Source: Verrucomicrobiales bacterium
Lineage (GTDB): Bacteria > Verrucomicrobiota > Verrucomicrobiia > Verrucomicrobiales > DEV007
Length of the DNA stretch: 37,345 bases
Reading direction: 5' to 3'
Assembly (NCBI GenBank): GCA_047620505.1
Contig: JBLHKS010000051.1
Location: 1 to 37,345 of the forward strand
Shown here: positions 11,301 to 19,770 of the stretch, piece by piece
How positions within the stretch are numbered: the first letter of the stretch is position 1
Layout: each line of letters opens with the position of its first letter
The notes under the pieces: generated by a model
What the model was told of the DNA's origin: nothing
The model's database searches: none
The model's input: only the letters and a program-made list of their open reading frames with translations
Translations under genes and position numbers: made by a program

Positions 11301-13503
11301 GTTTCTTGCGACGCGTTTCAACTGCAACAAATGCCACGATCACCCGTTTGAGCGCTGGAATGTCGGCCAGTACTATGAAACGGCCTCGTTCTTCACGCAG
11401 ATCGGCCTGGCGCGGGATGCGAAGAATGCGCCTACCCAAAATCTTGGCGGAAGTGCAGTTGAGAACGCGAAACCGCTTTACGAAGTGATCTCCGACACGA
11501 CTGAAGGCGCGATTACGAATGTCGTGACTGGTGAGGAAGCTAAGCCTGTATTTCCTTACCCATCGAAGCTCGCTCAAGTCGCGTTCACCAATCCGGAAGC
11601 GCCGACGCGCCGAGAGCAGTTCGGTGCTTGGCTTACGAGTGGGGACAATGATTACTTCGCGATGAGTTACGCGAATCGGATTTGGGGATATTTGTTGGGA
11701 ACCGGGATTATCGAGCCGATCGACGATATTCGTGCGGGCAACCCACCGACGAATCCGGAACTTCTTCAGTACCTGACATCCGAATTTGTCGGGAGCGATT
11801 TCAATTCGCAGCACTTAATGAGATTGATCTGTAAATCTCGCGCTTACCAGCTTTCGATCCAGACGAATCGGTGGAACGAGGACGACCAGATTAACTTCGC
11901 TCATGCGAAAGCCCGTCGTCTGCCGGCCGAAGTTTTGTTCGACGCCGTGTTCTCGGTGACCGGTTCGCAGTCCAAAATTCCGGGTGCCCCGGCTGGCGCG
12001 CGTGCGGCTTCGCTGGCGGATGCGAAGATCGATTTGAAGAGCGGATTTCTCGCCAACCTCGGCCGTCCGGCTCGCGAAAGCGCCTGCGAGTGCGAGCGGA
12101 GCAACGACGTCCAGATGGGCGCGATCATGGCGTTCGTATCAGGGCCGACGATTGCCGAGGCCGTTGGTCAGCCCGGAAACGCGATCGAAAAGCTCGTCGC
12201 TGCGCAGCCGGACGATGCAAAAGTCGTCGAGGAACTTTATTTGCGGACGTTGTCTCGATCGGCTAAGCCCGAAGAAATTCAAACTGCTCTCGGCGCTCGC
12301 GATGAAATCAGAGCTGATCACGAAAAGTTACTCAAAATTGTAGCGGAACGCGAAGCTTGGTGGGTGCCGGTGAAGGCCGAACGCGAGGAAGCCCGGGTCA
12401 AACGGATCGGAGCAGCTGCTGGCGAGATTCAAGCTTACGTTCCGGAGTATACGAAGAAGAAAAACGAGGCTGAGGCGGCCCAGAAAGCGCGAATCACCGC
12501 TGCTGACAAGGGGCTTAAAGATTATCAGGCGGGCTTGCCCAAGATCGTGGCTGACGGAACGGCTGGGATCCAGGTGAGCGATCTCTGGACTCAGTGGACA
12601 GGCCTGGTTCCTAAGACGGTCGTTTCATCGAACGCCGCGATCAAACTGGAGGCTCAGGAGGGCGGCGCGCTGCTCGTGACCAGCCCACACGTTAAGGCGA
12701 ACGTCGATTACACGCTGACTTTCGATATTCCGGCTAAGCAAACGGTGACCGGCTTCAAGATCGACGCGTTGCCGAACAACAGTCTGGCTGGATTTGGCCC
12801 TGGGGTGAACCCGAACGGGAATTTCGTCGTGACCGAAGTGGAAGTTCAGACGTCGACGGCGAAGGAGCCCAAGAAGCTTGTCAAAGCGAAGTTCGTCGAC
12901 GCAAAAACTGAGCACATCCAAGACGGATTCAACGTTAAGGGCCTCTTTAACGGCAATCCGAACAACGACAAGAGCTGGGCAATCGCCGGAAAAGAACGCC
13001 AGCCGCATGCGGCGCGTTTGAAGCTGGAGAAGCCGCTTGTTCTGGAACAGGGCGGTCAGCTCGTGATCAAAATCTACAACCGATATGGCGGCGGCGACTA
13101 CCCACTTGGGCACTTCCGAATTTCCGCGACGACTTCGGCAAGACCGCTTGAAATCGGCCTACCCACAGAAGTAGCTCAAGCAGCCGCGACTGCGCCCGAG
13201 GGCAGGACGGAAACGGTTAACGCAGTGCTCGCGGCTTACTTCAAAGCGAACGACTTGGAATTGCTCAAGCGCGATCAGCTGCTGGTGAAAGAGCAGCGAC
13301 CGCTGCCGCGCGATCCGAGGATGATCGAGCTTGAAGCCGGGTTGAAAGTCGCCGAAACGCCGATCAAGCAGGATCCACCGCTTTTGCAGCTTCGTCAGGA
13401 TGCCGAGTATTCGGTGAAGCAGCTCGAGAACAGCCGCCTGACAGCAGCGCAGGACCTTGCTTGGGCGCTGATCAATAATCCGTCGTTTTTGTTTAACCGT
13501 TAG
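8362..13503 (+). CDS. Giant secreted multidomain protein: PSCyt cytochrome-c-like domain, WD40 beta-propeller, Ig-like segment, DUF1549, DUF1553 and a C-terminal beta-rich domain.
   Basis: The ORF spans 8302..13503 in the track. The likely start is the ATG at 8362, preceded by GAGG, which gives the signal peptide MMNSTLRFRLAVPFLALSLTSTGFAADE. Motifs present: CQGCHQPAKAKGD (PSCyt); WD40 repeats (FSPDGKLLAVAG, FSPDGTKIAVTGG, WSPDGKLVAFG, YSPDGKMIAASGQDGLIRL); FIRRVYLDLTGLPPS (DUF1549); NCNKCHDHPFERW (DUF1553). Confidence 0.8.
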   Translation: MMNSTLRFRLAVPFLALSLTSTGFAADEKSDSSGPVSYYEQIRPIFQASCQGCHQPAKAKGDYVMTQFQQLLKGGKTGDAAITPGKAEESSVVLRVKPEAGEDIMPPKGEKLNESEIALIERWISEGAKDDTPQNAVARYSLENPPSYVQAPIITSMDFSPDGKLLAVAGFHEVILLKADGSGQVARLIGLSEQIDTVKFSPDGTKIAVTGGLPERMGELQVWDVAKRELDLSLPMGFDTIYGASWSPDGKLVAFGMPDNTMRAVNSETGEQVVFMGGHNDWVLDTEFNKAGTHIISVGRDMSTKLTEVATQRLVDNLTSITPEALKGGIGAVVIHPSQDHILIGGSDGAPQIYRTKRETVRKIGDNANLIRKYPQMRGRIWSVAFRPDGKQFVAGSSLNGQGEIAIYKSEYDPAIPADVKKAMETARSRPDSKKGKEQQLVDAWQTKGVEEPIRIPVEVAIYAVAYSPDGKMIAASGQDGLIRLINPADGKIAKNVTPVEITAEKIAVDKFGEKDKADEITWQTEPVLSGEITKLDVSPKKITISGPARYQQLLVTAHYASGEQLDVTRMVAFEVSGELVEISKRGLAKPKRDGTGKLTVALGAKKVEIAVEVAGLAEPLHPYWITDINPVISRMGCNAGTCHGAKDGKAGFKLSLRGYDPVYDVRAFTDDIQSRRVNYASPDDSLMLLKTTGAVPHEGGQLAPQHSTYYDLVRSWISDGGQLELAAPRVKSIEVFPKNPVIQKIGSRQQFRVVATLTNGEIRDVTREAFVESGNADVSTHDNQAMLATIRRGEAPILARYEGAYAATTLTVMGDRKGFEWSEQPANNRIDELVASKWQRMKIEPSGLCDDSEFIRRVYLDLTGLPPSVDVVRAFLADKSPMQKKRDGLVDSLIGTGEFVDHWANKWADLLQVNSKFLGGSGASEFRAWIHEEVKANTPYDEFVYKIITATGSNKDNPPASYYKILREPDAIMENTTHLFLATRFNCNKCHDHPFERWNVGQYYETASFFTQIGLARDAKNAPTQNLGGSAVENAKPLYEVISDTTEGAITNVVTGEEAKPVFPYPSKLAQVAFTNPEAPTRREQFGAWLTSGDNDYFAMSYANRIWGYLLGTGIIEPIDDIRAGNPPTNPELLQYLTSEFVGSDFNSQHLMRLICKSRAYQLSIQTNRWNEDDQINFAHAKARRLPAEVLFDAVFSVTGSQSKIPGAPAGARAASLADAKIDLKSGFLANLGRPARESACECERSNDVQMGAIMAFVSGPTIAEAVGQPGNAIEKLVAAQPDDAKVVEELYLRTLSRSAKPEEIQTALGARDEIRADHEKLLKIVAEREAWWVPVKAEREEARVKRIGAAAGEIQAYVPEYTKKKNEAEAAQKARITAADKGLKDYQAGLPKIVADGTAGIQVSDLWTQWTGLVPKTVVSSNAAIKLEAQEGGALLVTSPHVKANVDYTLTFDIPAKQTVTGFKIDALPNNSLAGFGPGVNPNGNFVVTEVEVQTSTAKEPKKLVKAKFVDAKTEHIQDGFNVKGLFNGNPNNDKSWAIAGKERQPHAARLKLEKPLVLEQGGQLVIKIYNRYGGGDYPLGHFRISATTSARPLEIGLPTEVAQAAATAPEGRTETVNAVLAAYFKANDLELLKRDQLLVKEQRPLPRDPRMIELEAGLKVAETPIKQDPPLLQLRQDAEYSVKQLENSRLTAAQDLAWALINNPSFLFNR
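8566..8577. repeat. Exact copy of the palindrome CAGCAGCTGCTG.
   Basis: Lies inside the 1733-aa gene (FQQLLKG). Confidence 0.9.
10015..10026. repeat. Exact copy of the palindrome CAGCAGCTGCTG.
   Basis: Lies inside the 1733-aa gene (YQQLLVT). Confidence 0.9.
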
Positions 13504-13603
13504 ATTTGCGGCCAAGCGATCGGGGTGCTAAGAATAGGTTATTGTTAGGATTATCTGATATTTGACAGAACTTACATTCCGGACGTTGTTGCTGGGATCG
13601 CCA

Positions 13604-14566
13604 ATGTTTCCGTATCGAGCAGTTGCTTGGGCTCTCGCCCTGATTTTCTCCAATTTTTGGGGCGAAAGCGCGCTTGCCGGCGTCGGAGAATCTGATGATT
13701 CAGGGAATCCACCTGCTCCCTCAGCCGAGACGGCTCTGGCTGGCTGGACTGAGGATTACGAACTCGCCAAGGCGCGTGCGGTTCACAAAGGCGCGGATCT
13801 CTTGATCTGCTTCACGGTTCGAGATTGGTCAGCGGTCTGCCGCCGATTCGAAACCGACTTTTTGCGGCAGGCGGATTTCGTTCGCAGCGCCAGCAAGAAT
13901 TACGAGCTCGTTCAATTCGATCTCTCGGAAGAAGAAGAAGATTCGATCGGGGCTCAGCTTCGAAGGAAATACGAAATCGGCGGGTTTCCGGCGATCATTC
14001 TCGCCAATTCCCAAGGACAGCCCTACGCCCTGACTGGGTTTCGTCCGGACAGTCTCGAACGTTATGTTGAGCACATCGATTTCCTGCATAACGAAAATCT
14101 GGAGCGCCGGCAGCTGCTGGCAAAAGCTGCTGAATCGAAGGGCCCGGAACGCGCGGATCTGCTCGCTCAAGCGCTGCCTGTTCTCGGGGAGCACCGCACG
14201 CCGAAGTTCTACGGCGATATTATTCGTGAGATCGTCGAACTCGACCCTGAGGACACGACTGGAAAAGTCGACGAACTCAAATTTAAGCTCGCCGATTACG
14301 CCTACCTTCAGGAAATGAGACGGCTGGATACCGAGTATCGTTGGCTGCAAATGGTCGAGCTAACTGATAAGCACATCGACGATTTGAATCTGACCGGTTC
14401 CCGTAAGCAGGCGGTGCTGATGAATCGCTACGACGTCAACCGCCGCCAGGGAGACATCCGCGCGATGATCCTTTCTCTGCAGGAGATTCTCGAAGTCAAT
14501 CCGTACAACCCGCATGGCCAGCAGGCGAGCGAGCTCTTGCAATCTCTCGCTAGCCAGCTTCAATAG
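13604..14566 (+). CDS. Thioredoxin-like-fold protein with a signal peptide and a single-Cys degenerate active site.
   Basis: From the ATG at 13604: MFPYRAVAWALALIFSNFWGESALA. It then reads DYELAKARAVHKGADLLICFTVRDWSAVCRRFE...GGFPAIIL, which resembles the thioredoxin / DsbD-gamma-like layout but has WSAVC instead of CxxC. The track ORF begins at an upstream TTG at 13562. Confidence 0.45.
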   Translation: MFPYRAVAWALALIFSNFWGESALAGVGESDDSGNPPAPSAETALAGWTEDYELAKARAVHKGADLLICFTVRDWSAVCRRFETDFLRQADFVRSASKNYELVQFDLSEEEEDSIGAQLRRKYEIGGFPAIILANSQGQPYALTGFRPDSLERYVEHIDFLHNENLERRQLLAKAAESKGPERADLLAQALPVLGEHRTPKFYGDIIREIVELDPEDTTGKVDELKFKLADYAYLQEMRRLDTEYRWLQMVELTDKHIDDLNLTGSRKQAVLMNRYDVNRRQGDIRAMILSLQEILEVNPYNPHGQQASELLQSLASQLQ

Positions 14567-14593
14567 CTCCAGCCTGACATTCCCAAAAAAACC

Positions 14594-15073
14594 ATGAAAG
14601 CGATCCCCCTCAAATTCTCGATCCTTGTTCTGGCCCTGACTGCTCCTTTTACCCTGACTCAATGCATAAGCACTGGTGGAACAGGAGGAGGGACCGTCAG
14701 CGCCGGAAATCTCGCCACGCCGAATCATTCGCTCTCGAAATCGGATTACCCGTTCGATGAGCAAGGGAACTATCGAGAAGATTGGGTTCGATATCCGGGT
14801 GGAGCCAGCACAGGATCCAGCAGTTCTAAGAAAAAATCCTCTTCCTCGTCAGGCAGTTCCCGGACGACTTCATCGACGCCAAAGCCGGCCCCAGCTCCAA
14901 AGCCAACCCCATCGCCTTCCAGCAGTCCAACTTCAAGGACCTACACCGTTGTCAGTGGCGATACGCTCTGGGGGATCAGCCGCCAATACGGCGTGACCGT
15001 ACCCAGCCTTCAAGCGAAAAACGGGATTACGACGACGAATATTCGCCCCGGGCAGCGTTTGAAAATTCCGTAA
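14594..15073 (+). CDS. LysM-domain lipoprotein.
   Basis: 159 aa. It has a signal peptide with a lipobox-like LTQC, a Ser/Pro-rich linker, and a C-terminal LysM motif YTVVSGDTLWGISRQYGVTVPSLQAKNGI...PGQRLKIP. Confidence 0.7.
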   Translation: MKAIPLKFSILVLALTAPFTLTQCISTGGTGGGTVSAGNLATPNHSLSKSDYPFDEQGNYREDWVRYPGGASTGSSSSKKKSSSSSGSSRTTSSTPKPAPAPKPTPSPSSSPTSRTYTVVSGDTLWGISRQYGVTVPSLQAKNGITTTNIRPGQRLKIP

Positions 15074-15082
15074 GCCTCGGGC

Positions 15083-16189
15083 ATGCCCGGCTTTTACGAA
15101 TTTTTCGCCGGGGGCGGAATGGCCCGATTGGGACTTGGGAAATCCTGGACCTGTCTCGCCGCGAACGATTTCAGCCCGAAAAAAGAAGCTGCCTATCGGG
15201 CGAACTGGGGCGATGCCGATTTTTTGCCAGGTTGCATCAGCCAGATCCGCACGGCTGATCTTCCGGGGGAGGCTGATCTCGCTTGGGCTTCGTTTCCTTG
15301 TCAGGACCTTTCGTTGGCCGGAAAAAGGCGCGGAATTTATTCGGAACGCAGCGGCGCTTTCTGGCCGTTCTGGGAATTGATACGTGAGCTGGAAGGGGAG
15401 GGGAGAATGCCGCCGGTGATCGCCCTGGAGAACGTGACCGGGATGCTGTCCGCGAACGGTGGGCGTGATTTTGCTGACGTCTGCACGGCGCTGGGTGAAG
15501 CCGGATTTCGCGTCGGCGCAGCTGTGATTGACGCGAGTCGATTCGTTCCGCAGTCGCGCAAACGAGTTTTCATCGTCGCGACGACCCGCCCGATCCCGGC
15601 TGAGATCGAGTCGTCGAGCTTCGATCCCGACTGGCATCCGGAAGCGATGCGGCGAGCAGCTGCTGGCCTCGAAAACTGGTTCTGGCTGGCTCTGAGGGCC
15701 CCGCGAAACCGAGTGGCGGCGCTTGCAGAATTGATCGATGCAGAAGATTCGACCGATACTCCTTGGAAATCAGAATCGGATCTCGAACGCCTGCTTTCGA
15801 TGATGTCCAAGCTGAATCGCGAAAAAATCCAGATCGCAAAGCGCGAAGGGAAGAGGATAGTGGGCACGCTCTACAAACGGACGCGGCCAGACCCGAATGG
15901 TGGTCGAATTCAACGAGCCGAAGTCCGCTTTGATATCGCCGGTTGCCTGCGGACGCCAGTGGGCGGGTCGAGCCGGCAGACGATCGTCGTCATCGAAAAC
16001 GGAGAGGTCAGCGCCCGGCTGCTTTCCGCGCGCGAAGCGGCTCGCCTGATGGGAATTCCGGACGGCTATCGGCTTCCAGAGCGATACAACGATGCCTACC
16101 ACCTTGCCGGGGATGGGGTCGTGGTGCCGGTGGTTCGGTATCTGGCGAAGCGGGTGATCGAGCCAATTTTAGAATGCGAACCGATCTGA
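15083..16189 (+). CDS. DNA (cytosine-5)-methyltransferase, Dcm-like. It appears to be an orphan.
   Basis: 368 aa. Motif I is FYEFFAGGGMARLGL. Motif IV is SFPCQDLSLAGKRRG. Motif VI is ENVTGML. Motif VIII is QSRKRVFIVA. The C-terminus has LSAREAARLMGIPDGYRL...GDGVVVPVV. No adjacent restriction endonuclease or vsr-like ORF was seen. Confidence 0.85.
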   Translation: MPGFYEFFAGGGMARLGLGKSWTCLAANDFSPKKEAAYRANWGDADFLPGCISQIRTADLPGEADLAWASFPCQDLSLAGKRRGIYSERSGAFWPFWELIRELEGEGRMPPVIALENVTGMLSANGGRDFADVCTALGEAGFRVGAAVIDASRFVPQSRKRVFIVATTRPIPAEIESSSFDPDWHPEAMRRAAAGLENWFWLALRAPRNRVAALAELIDAEDSTDTPWKSESDLERLLSMMSKLNREKIQIAKREGKRIVGTLYKRTRPDPNGGRIQRAEVRFDIAGCLRTPVGGSSRQTIVVIENGEVSARLLSAREAARLMGIPDGYRLPERYNDAYHLAGDGVVVPVVRYLAKRVIEPILECEPI

Positions 16190-16232
16190 TTGACGCGGTT
16201 GCGCGTGCGCGAGGTTGGTGTTAGAATTTGGG

Positions 16233-17654
16233 ATGTTCAGCATCACCGGATCACTCTCCGCGCTCTTTGCGTCCATCCTCGCCTGCCTAACCCTGATGTT
16301 CGTTTGGGGAGGGACTTCCGAGGTCCAATTCAGTTGGGTAGGCATGTCGACCGACTATGACGTGGTCGCGCTTCAAATCAGGCGCAATCCGATGCCGGAA
16401 GCGCTTCCGACAGGCGGCTATGATCCGGTCGCCGCTGGCGACAACGCTGCGCCACCAGTTTTGAATGGCGACAATTACGTCCTCTGGCTTGCGATCAGCG
16501 GTTTCCGCTCAGACTACATGGAAAAGGCCGAAACTCCGTTCTTGGATGGAATCGGCGGAAAATCGACAAATCAGCTCGTCCCGACTTTTCCCGCACTTTC
16601 CTGGTCGAGCTTGATGTCCCAGGCGACTGGTCGGACTTCGGACGGACACGGGATCAGTGGAAACGTGATGCGGCTTCCTGGCTCTGGGGAGGTCGTCAAG
16701 CATCCGAGTGATCTGAGCCTGTTGAAGGCTGAGCCGATCTGGACATCAGCGAGAAAAGCGGGCCTTCCGGTTTTGGTTCACGATTGGCCGTTTTCCCAGA
16801 AGCAGCCTGCCGAAGGGGCCGCGGATGTGTTTTTGCCTTCTTACGATCCTGAGTTAGATGATCAGACCCGTCTGGATGCGCTTTACGATGCTTGGAGCAG
16901 TTACCAGGGCGAAAACAAGCTGCGTTTGGTCATGGGGAGCCTCCGGGGGATTCACAAAGCGGCTCAGACCAACGGCACCAGGGAAGAAGACACGATCACG
17001 GCGATTCAGGATATGGATAAAATGCTGAGCGGATTTTTTGGCAAAGTGATCAACAACTGGCCGAATCTCAGCAACGAGGGAGACAAGCTTTACGTCGTGA
17101 TCACCACCGACCACGGAATGGTCGATGCGGAAAAATTGATCAATTTCAAAGATCTCATGGGGCCGATGGCCGATCAGGTCGATTACACCGTTGACGAAGG
17201 CGTTGCCCATCTCTGGTTCAAGGATCCGCCGGAAGGCGTGGACAAAGACGAGTTCATCGAAAGCTACGATTCGGAGCTGAAAAAGCGGATTTATTGGCGC
17301 TCGTTCGCCCCGAGCGATTACCCGAGCGATTGGAAATTGGCTGCTGAAGGCGGGCACCTCGGTGATCGGCTTTTGCTCCTCAAACCGCCCTACGCCTTCC
17401 ACACCGAAAGCGGATCAGAGGGAGTTTACGCGCCGGCGGAAACAGGCGGCCCGTTCGCAGCGAGCGGCTACTGGGTGAACGATTCTTCGCGGATGAAAGG
17501 CCAGATGTTCTCCTTTGGCCTTGCAGGCGGCGGTGGATTCAGCGGCGACCTCGGCGAGGTCAGCGGAACTCAGCTCTATCCGTCCGTTTGCAAATTGCTC
17601 GGCGTTGAAGTGACCTCGGATCTCGTGGAAAGCAACGTTTTGGACCTCGAGTAG
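16233..17654 (+). CDS. Nucleotide pyrophosphatase/phosphodiesterase (type I phosphodiesterase, AlkP superfamily) with an N-terminal membrane anchor.
   Basis: PTFPALSWSSLMSQATGRTSDGHGISGNVM matches the NPP core T-F-P...TG...HGI..N with a Thr nucleophile. VVITTDHGM matches the NPP metal-site DHGM motif. The N-terminus is hydrophobic. The track start is an alternative codon at 16215. The ATG at 16233 is more likely. Confidence 0.6.
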   Translation: MFSITGSLSALFASILACLTLMFVWGGTSEVQFSWVGMSTDYDVVALQIRRNPMPEALPTGGYDPVAAGDNAAPPVLNGDNYVLWLAISGFRSDYMEKAETPFLDGIGGKSTNQLVPTFPALSWSSLMSQATGRTSDGHGISGNVMRLPGSGEVVKHPSDLSLLKAEPIWTSARKAGLPVLVHDWPFSQKQPAEGAADVFLPSYDPELDDQTRLDALYDAWSSYQGENKLRLVMGSLRGIHKAAQTNGTREEDTITAIQDMDKMLSGFFGKVINNWPNLSNEGDKLYVVITTDHGMVDAEKLINFKDLMGPMADQVDYTVDEGVAHLWFKDPPEGVDKDEFIESYDSELKKRIYWRSFAPSDYPSDWKLAAEGGHLGDRLLLLKPPYAFHTESGSEGVYAPAETGGPFAASGYWVNDSSRMKGQMFSFGLAGGGGFSGDLGEVSGTQLYPSVCKLLGVEVTSDLVESNVLDLE

Positions 17655-17715
17655 GCCTGCATAAAATAACCTTGTGATGTTCGTCCAATTTCCGGACGAA
17701 TCGGAAACTTTTTGA

Positions 17716-17745
17716 CAGCTTGGCTCGTGTTTCGAGTCCAAGCTG
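17716..17745 (+). promoter_or_regulatory. Imperfect hairpin in the 5' leader of the HemN-like gene: 12-bp stem with one bulge and a 5-nt loop.
   Basis: CAGCTTGGCTCG-tgttt-CGAG(T)CCAAGCTG. There is no following U-run, so it is not a classical intrinsic terminator. It sits 10 bp upstream of the ATG at 17755. Confidence 0.3.
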
Positions 17746-17754
17746 CCCCGAACC

Positions 17755-19119
17755 ATGGCCACAGAACATTCCTCCATTGCCGAAGCCGTCCTCGACTCAA
17801 ACCTGCCGTCCAACGCGCAGAGTGACGAAACCGAGGCCGGCAATTATTTCGTAGCGAACTATCCGCCGTTCAGTTTCTGGGAACAGGAACAGCTCGGTGA
17901 GATCGATCGCGTGTTAGCCCAGCCAGCAGCTGCTGACACGAACCTCGGGGTTTATTTTCACATCCCGTTTTGCCGCAAGCGCTGTCATTTCTGCTATTTT
18001 CGCGTCTACACCGATCGAAACGCCGCCGAGATCAACGGCTACATTCAGGCGGGCATCAAAGAATTCGAGGCCTATGCGAAAAAGCCGTACCTCGCCGGCC
18101 GCAAGCCGCAGTTCATCTATTTTGGAGGCGGAACACCGAGCTTTCTTTCCGTTAAGCAGCTGACGGAGCTGACGAATGCGATGAAGTCCAATTTTCCTTG
18201 GGACGAGGCCGAGGAAGTCGCGTTCGAGGCCGAGCCAGGCACGCTCACCGAGAAAAAACTCGAAGCGATTCGCGAAATTGGAATCACTCGGCTTAGCCTC
18301 GGGATAGAGAATTTCGACGACCACATTCTTGACCTGAACGGCCGAGCTCACCGCTCAAAGGAGGCCCACCGCGCGCTCAAATTTGCTCAGTCGCTCGATT
18401 TTGATCAGCTCAACATCGATCTGATAGCTGGCATGGTCGACGAGACCGAGGACAACTGGAAAAACTGCGTTGAGCAGGCCATCAACTACGGTCCCGAATG
18501 CGTCACGATTTATCAAATGGAAGTGCCTTACAACACTACCCTTTATAAAGAGATGAAGACAGCTGGCAAGCTCACCGCGCCGGTTGCGAACTGGGAAACC
18601 AAGCGCCGCTGGGTCGATTACGCGTTTGATGAATTCGTCAAAGCCGGCTACACGGTTTCGAGCGCGACAACCGTCGTCAAGAATCCTGAAAATAACAAAT
18701 TCGTCTATCGCGATAGCCTTTGGGAAGGCGCGGATCTGCTTTCAGCCGGGGTTGCGTCGTTCGGTCACTTTGGCGGAGTTCATTACCAGAATAATCACGA
18801 TATTGGGCCTTACATGATGGCTCTGGACAAAGACGAGTTGCCGATTTACCGCGCTTATAGCACTAGCGCGGAAGAGCAGCTCGTCCGCGAATTTATCCTT
18901 CGTTTGAAGCTCGGTCACGTCACCGCGAGCTACTATATTAAGAAATACGGAGTCGACCCTCGCGAGCGTTTTGCGAAGCAACTGAAATTTCTCGTTAGCG
19001 AAGGATTCGGCGAACTGAATGGGGACGATATCTGGGTTAATCGTCAGGGGCTGCTCGTGATCGATCGGCTGCTCCAGGAATTCTTTTTGCCTAAGCATCA
19101 GAATGCGCGTTATGCCTGA
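17755..19119 (+). CDS. Radical SAM protein, HemN family (oxygen-independent coproporphyrinogen-III oxidase-like).
   Basis: 454 aa. It has the CxxxCxxC motif (YFHIPFCRKRCHFCYF) and the FIYFGGGTPSFL motif typical of HemN/HemW/ChuW-type enzymes. Confidence 0.75.
   Translation: MATEHSSIAEAVLDSNLPSNAQSDETEAGNYFVANYPPFSFWEQEQLGEIDRVLAQPAAADTNLGVYFHIPFCRKRCHFCYFRVYTDRNAAEINGYIQAGIKEFEAYAKKPYLAGRKPQFIYFGGGTPSFLSVKQLTELTNAMKSNFPWDEAEEVAFEAEPGTLTEKKLEAIREIGITRLSLGIENFDDHILDLNGRAHRSKEAHRALKFAQSLDFDQLNIDLIAGMVDETEDNWKNCVEQAINYGPECVTIYQMEVPYNTTLYKEMKTAGKLTAPVANWETKRRWVDYAFDEFVKAGYTVSSATTVVKNPENNKFVYRDSLWEGADLLSAGVASFGHFGGVHYQNNHDIGPYMMALDKDELPIYRAYSTSAEEQLVREFILRLKLGHVTASYYIKKYGVDPRERFAKQLKFLVSEGFGELNGDDIWVNRQGLLVIDRLLQEFFLPKHQNARYA
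17924..17935. repeat. Exact copy of the palindrome CAGCAGCTGCTG.
   Basis: Lies inside the HemN-like gene (QPAAADT, the Ala-Ala-Ala frame). Confidence 0.9.
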
Positions 19120-19702
19120 ACAGAACGCGCTCGGGACCGTGCCCGAGGATTCAAATCTCGCGCTGCACTGGCTCATGCCGCTGCACTTTTTTTACGAGCG
19201 GCGGGGCCTCGAGCTACCGGGATTGGACTTCATCGACGGTGCGGAAATGCGCGACGGCGACCAGCAGCTGCTGGTTCACGAAAACGACATGACGCCGACT
19301 CTGACTGAGCATCACGGCACGGAACTCGGCATCCAGGTCCTCGATAAAGAGGTCAGCGAAGCCATGATTTTGCGGCTCGTGATTCTGCGACGTCACGATA
19401 ATCTCTTGCCAGTCGAATGCGGCGCGATCGCGATTCATCTCGAGCATTTCGAGCCCGAAGTCCGCGAGCTGATTCGCGATTGCCAAATCCCGCTCGGCGG
19501 AATTCTCCAGACCCACGAAATCCCGCACTACGGTCGGCCGCGCGGCTTTTTCCAGCTCGAGGCCGATGAGCTGATCGCCAACGCTCTTGGCGAGGACGTC
19601 GGTCAGGTTCTCTCCGGCCGCTGCAACGAACTCTGCAATCCCGAGGGCTTCGCCTTGGCCGACGTGGTCGAAATTCTTCCCCAAACGCGCGTAGTTTCAT
19701 GA
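19103..19702 (+). CDS. Hypothetical protein, possibly chorismate-lyase-like (UbiC/DUF98 fold). It overlaps the HemN-like gene by 17 bp.
   Basis: 199 aa. It shows weak pattern similarity to UbiC (LLVHENDMTPTLTEHHG versus the UbiC LLLEDSMTKRFEQQGK region). This assignment is tentative. Confidence 0.35.
   Translation: MRVMPEQNALGTVPEDSNLALHWLMPLHFFYERRGLELPGLDFIDGAEMRDGDQQLLVHENDMTPTLTEHHGTELGIQVLDKEVSEAMILRLVILRRHDNLLPVECGAIAIHLEHFEPEVRELIRDCQIPLGGILQTHEIPHYGRPRGFFQLEADELIANALGEDVGQVLSGRCNELCNPEGFALADVVEILPQTRVVS
19262..19273. repeat. Exact copy of the palindrome CAGCAGCTGCTG.
   Basis: Lies inside the UbiC-like ORF (DQQLLVH). Confidence 0.9.
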
Positions 19703-19770
19703 GATTCCAGCCAAAAAATCCCGCCCTGTTGTTGGTTGCGTGATCCAGCCCATTTAAGTAGATTCCAGCC

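Noticed and set aside
13829-14350. 173-aa minus-strand ORF. Also 14933..15637, 15337..15867, 16854..17402, 17415..17843, 21016..21735, 21828..22469 and 36187..36837.
   Set aside because: All are antisense overlaps of motif-supported plus-strand genes. They are likely non-coding.
15083-17654. MTase plus downstream NPP phosphodiesterase as a restriction-modification pair.
   Set aside because: The downstream protein has clear nucleotide pyrophosphatase/AlkP-superfamily motifs (TFP…HGI, DHGM) and a membrane anchor. It is not a restriction endonuclease fold, so the MTase is treated as an orphan.
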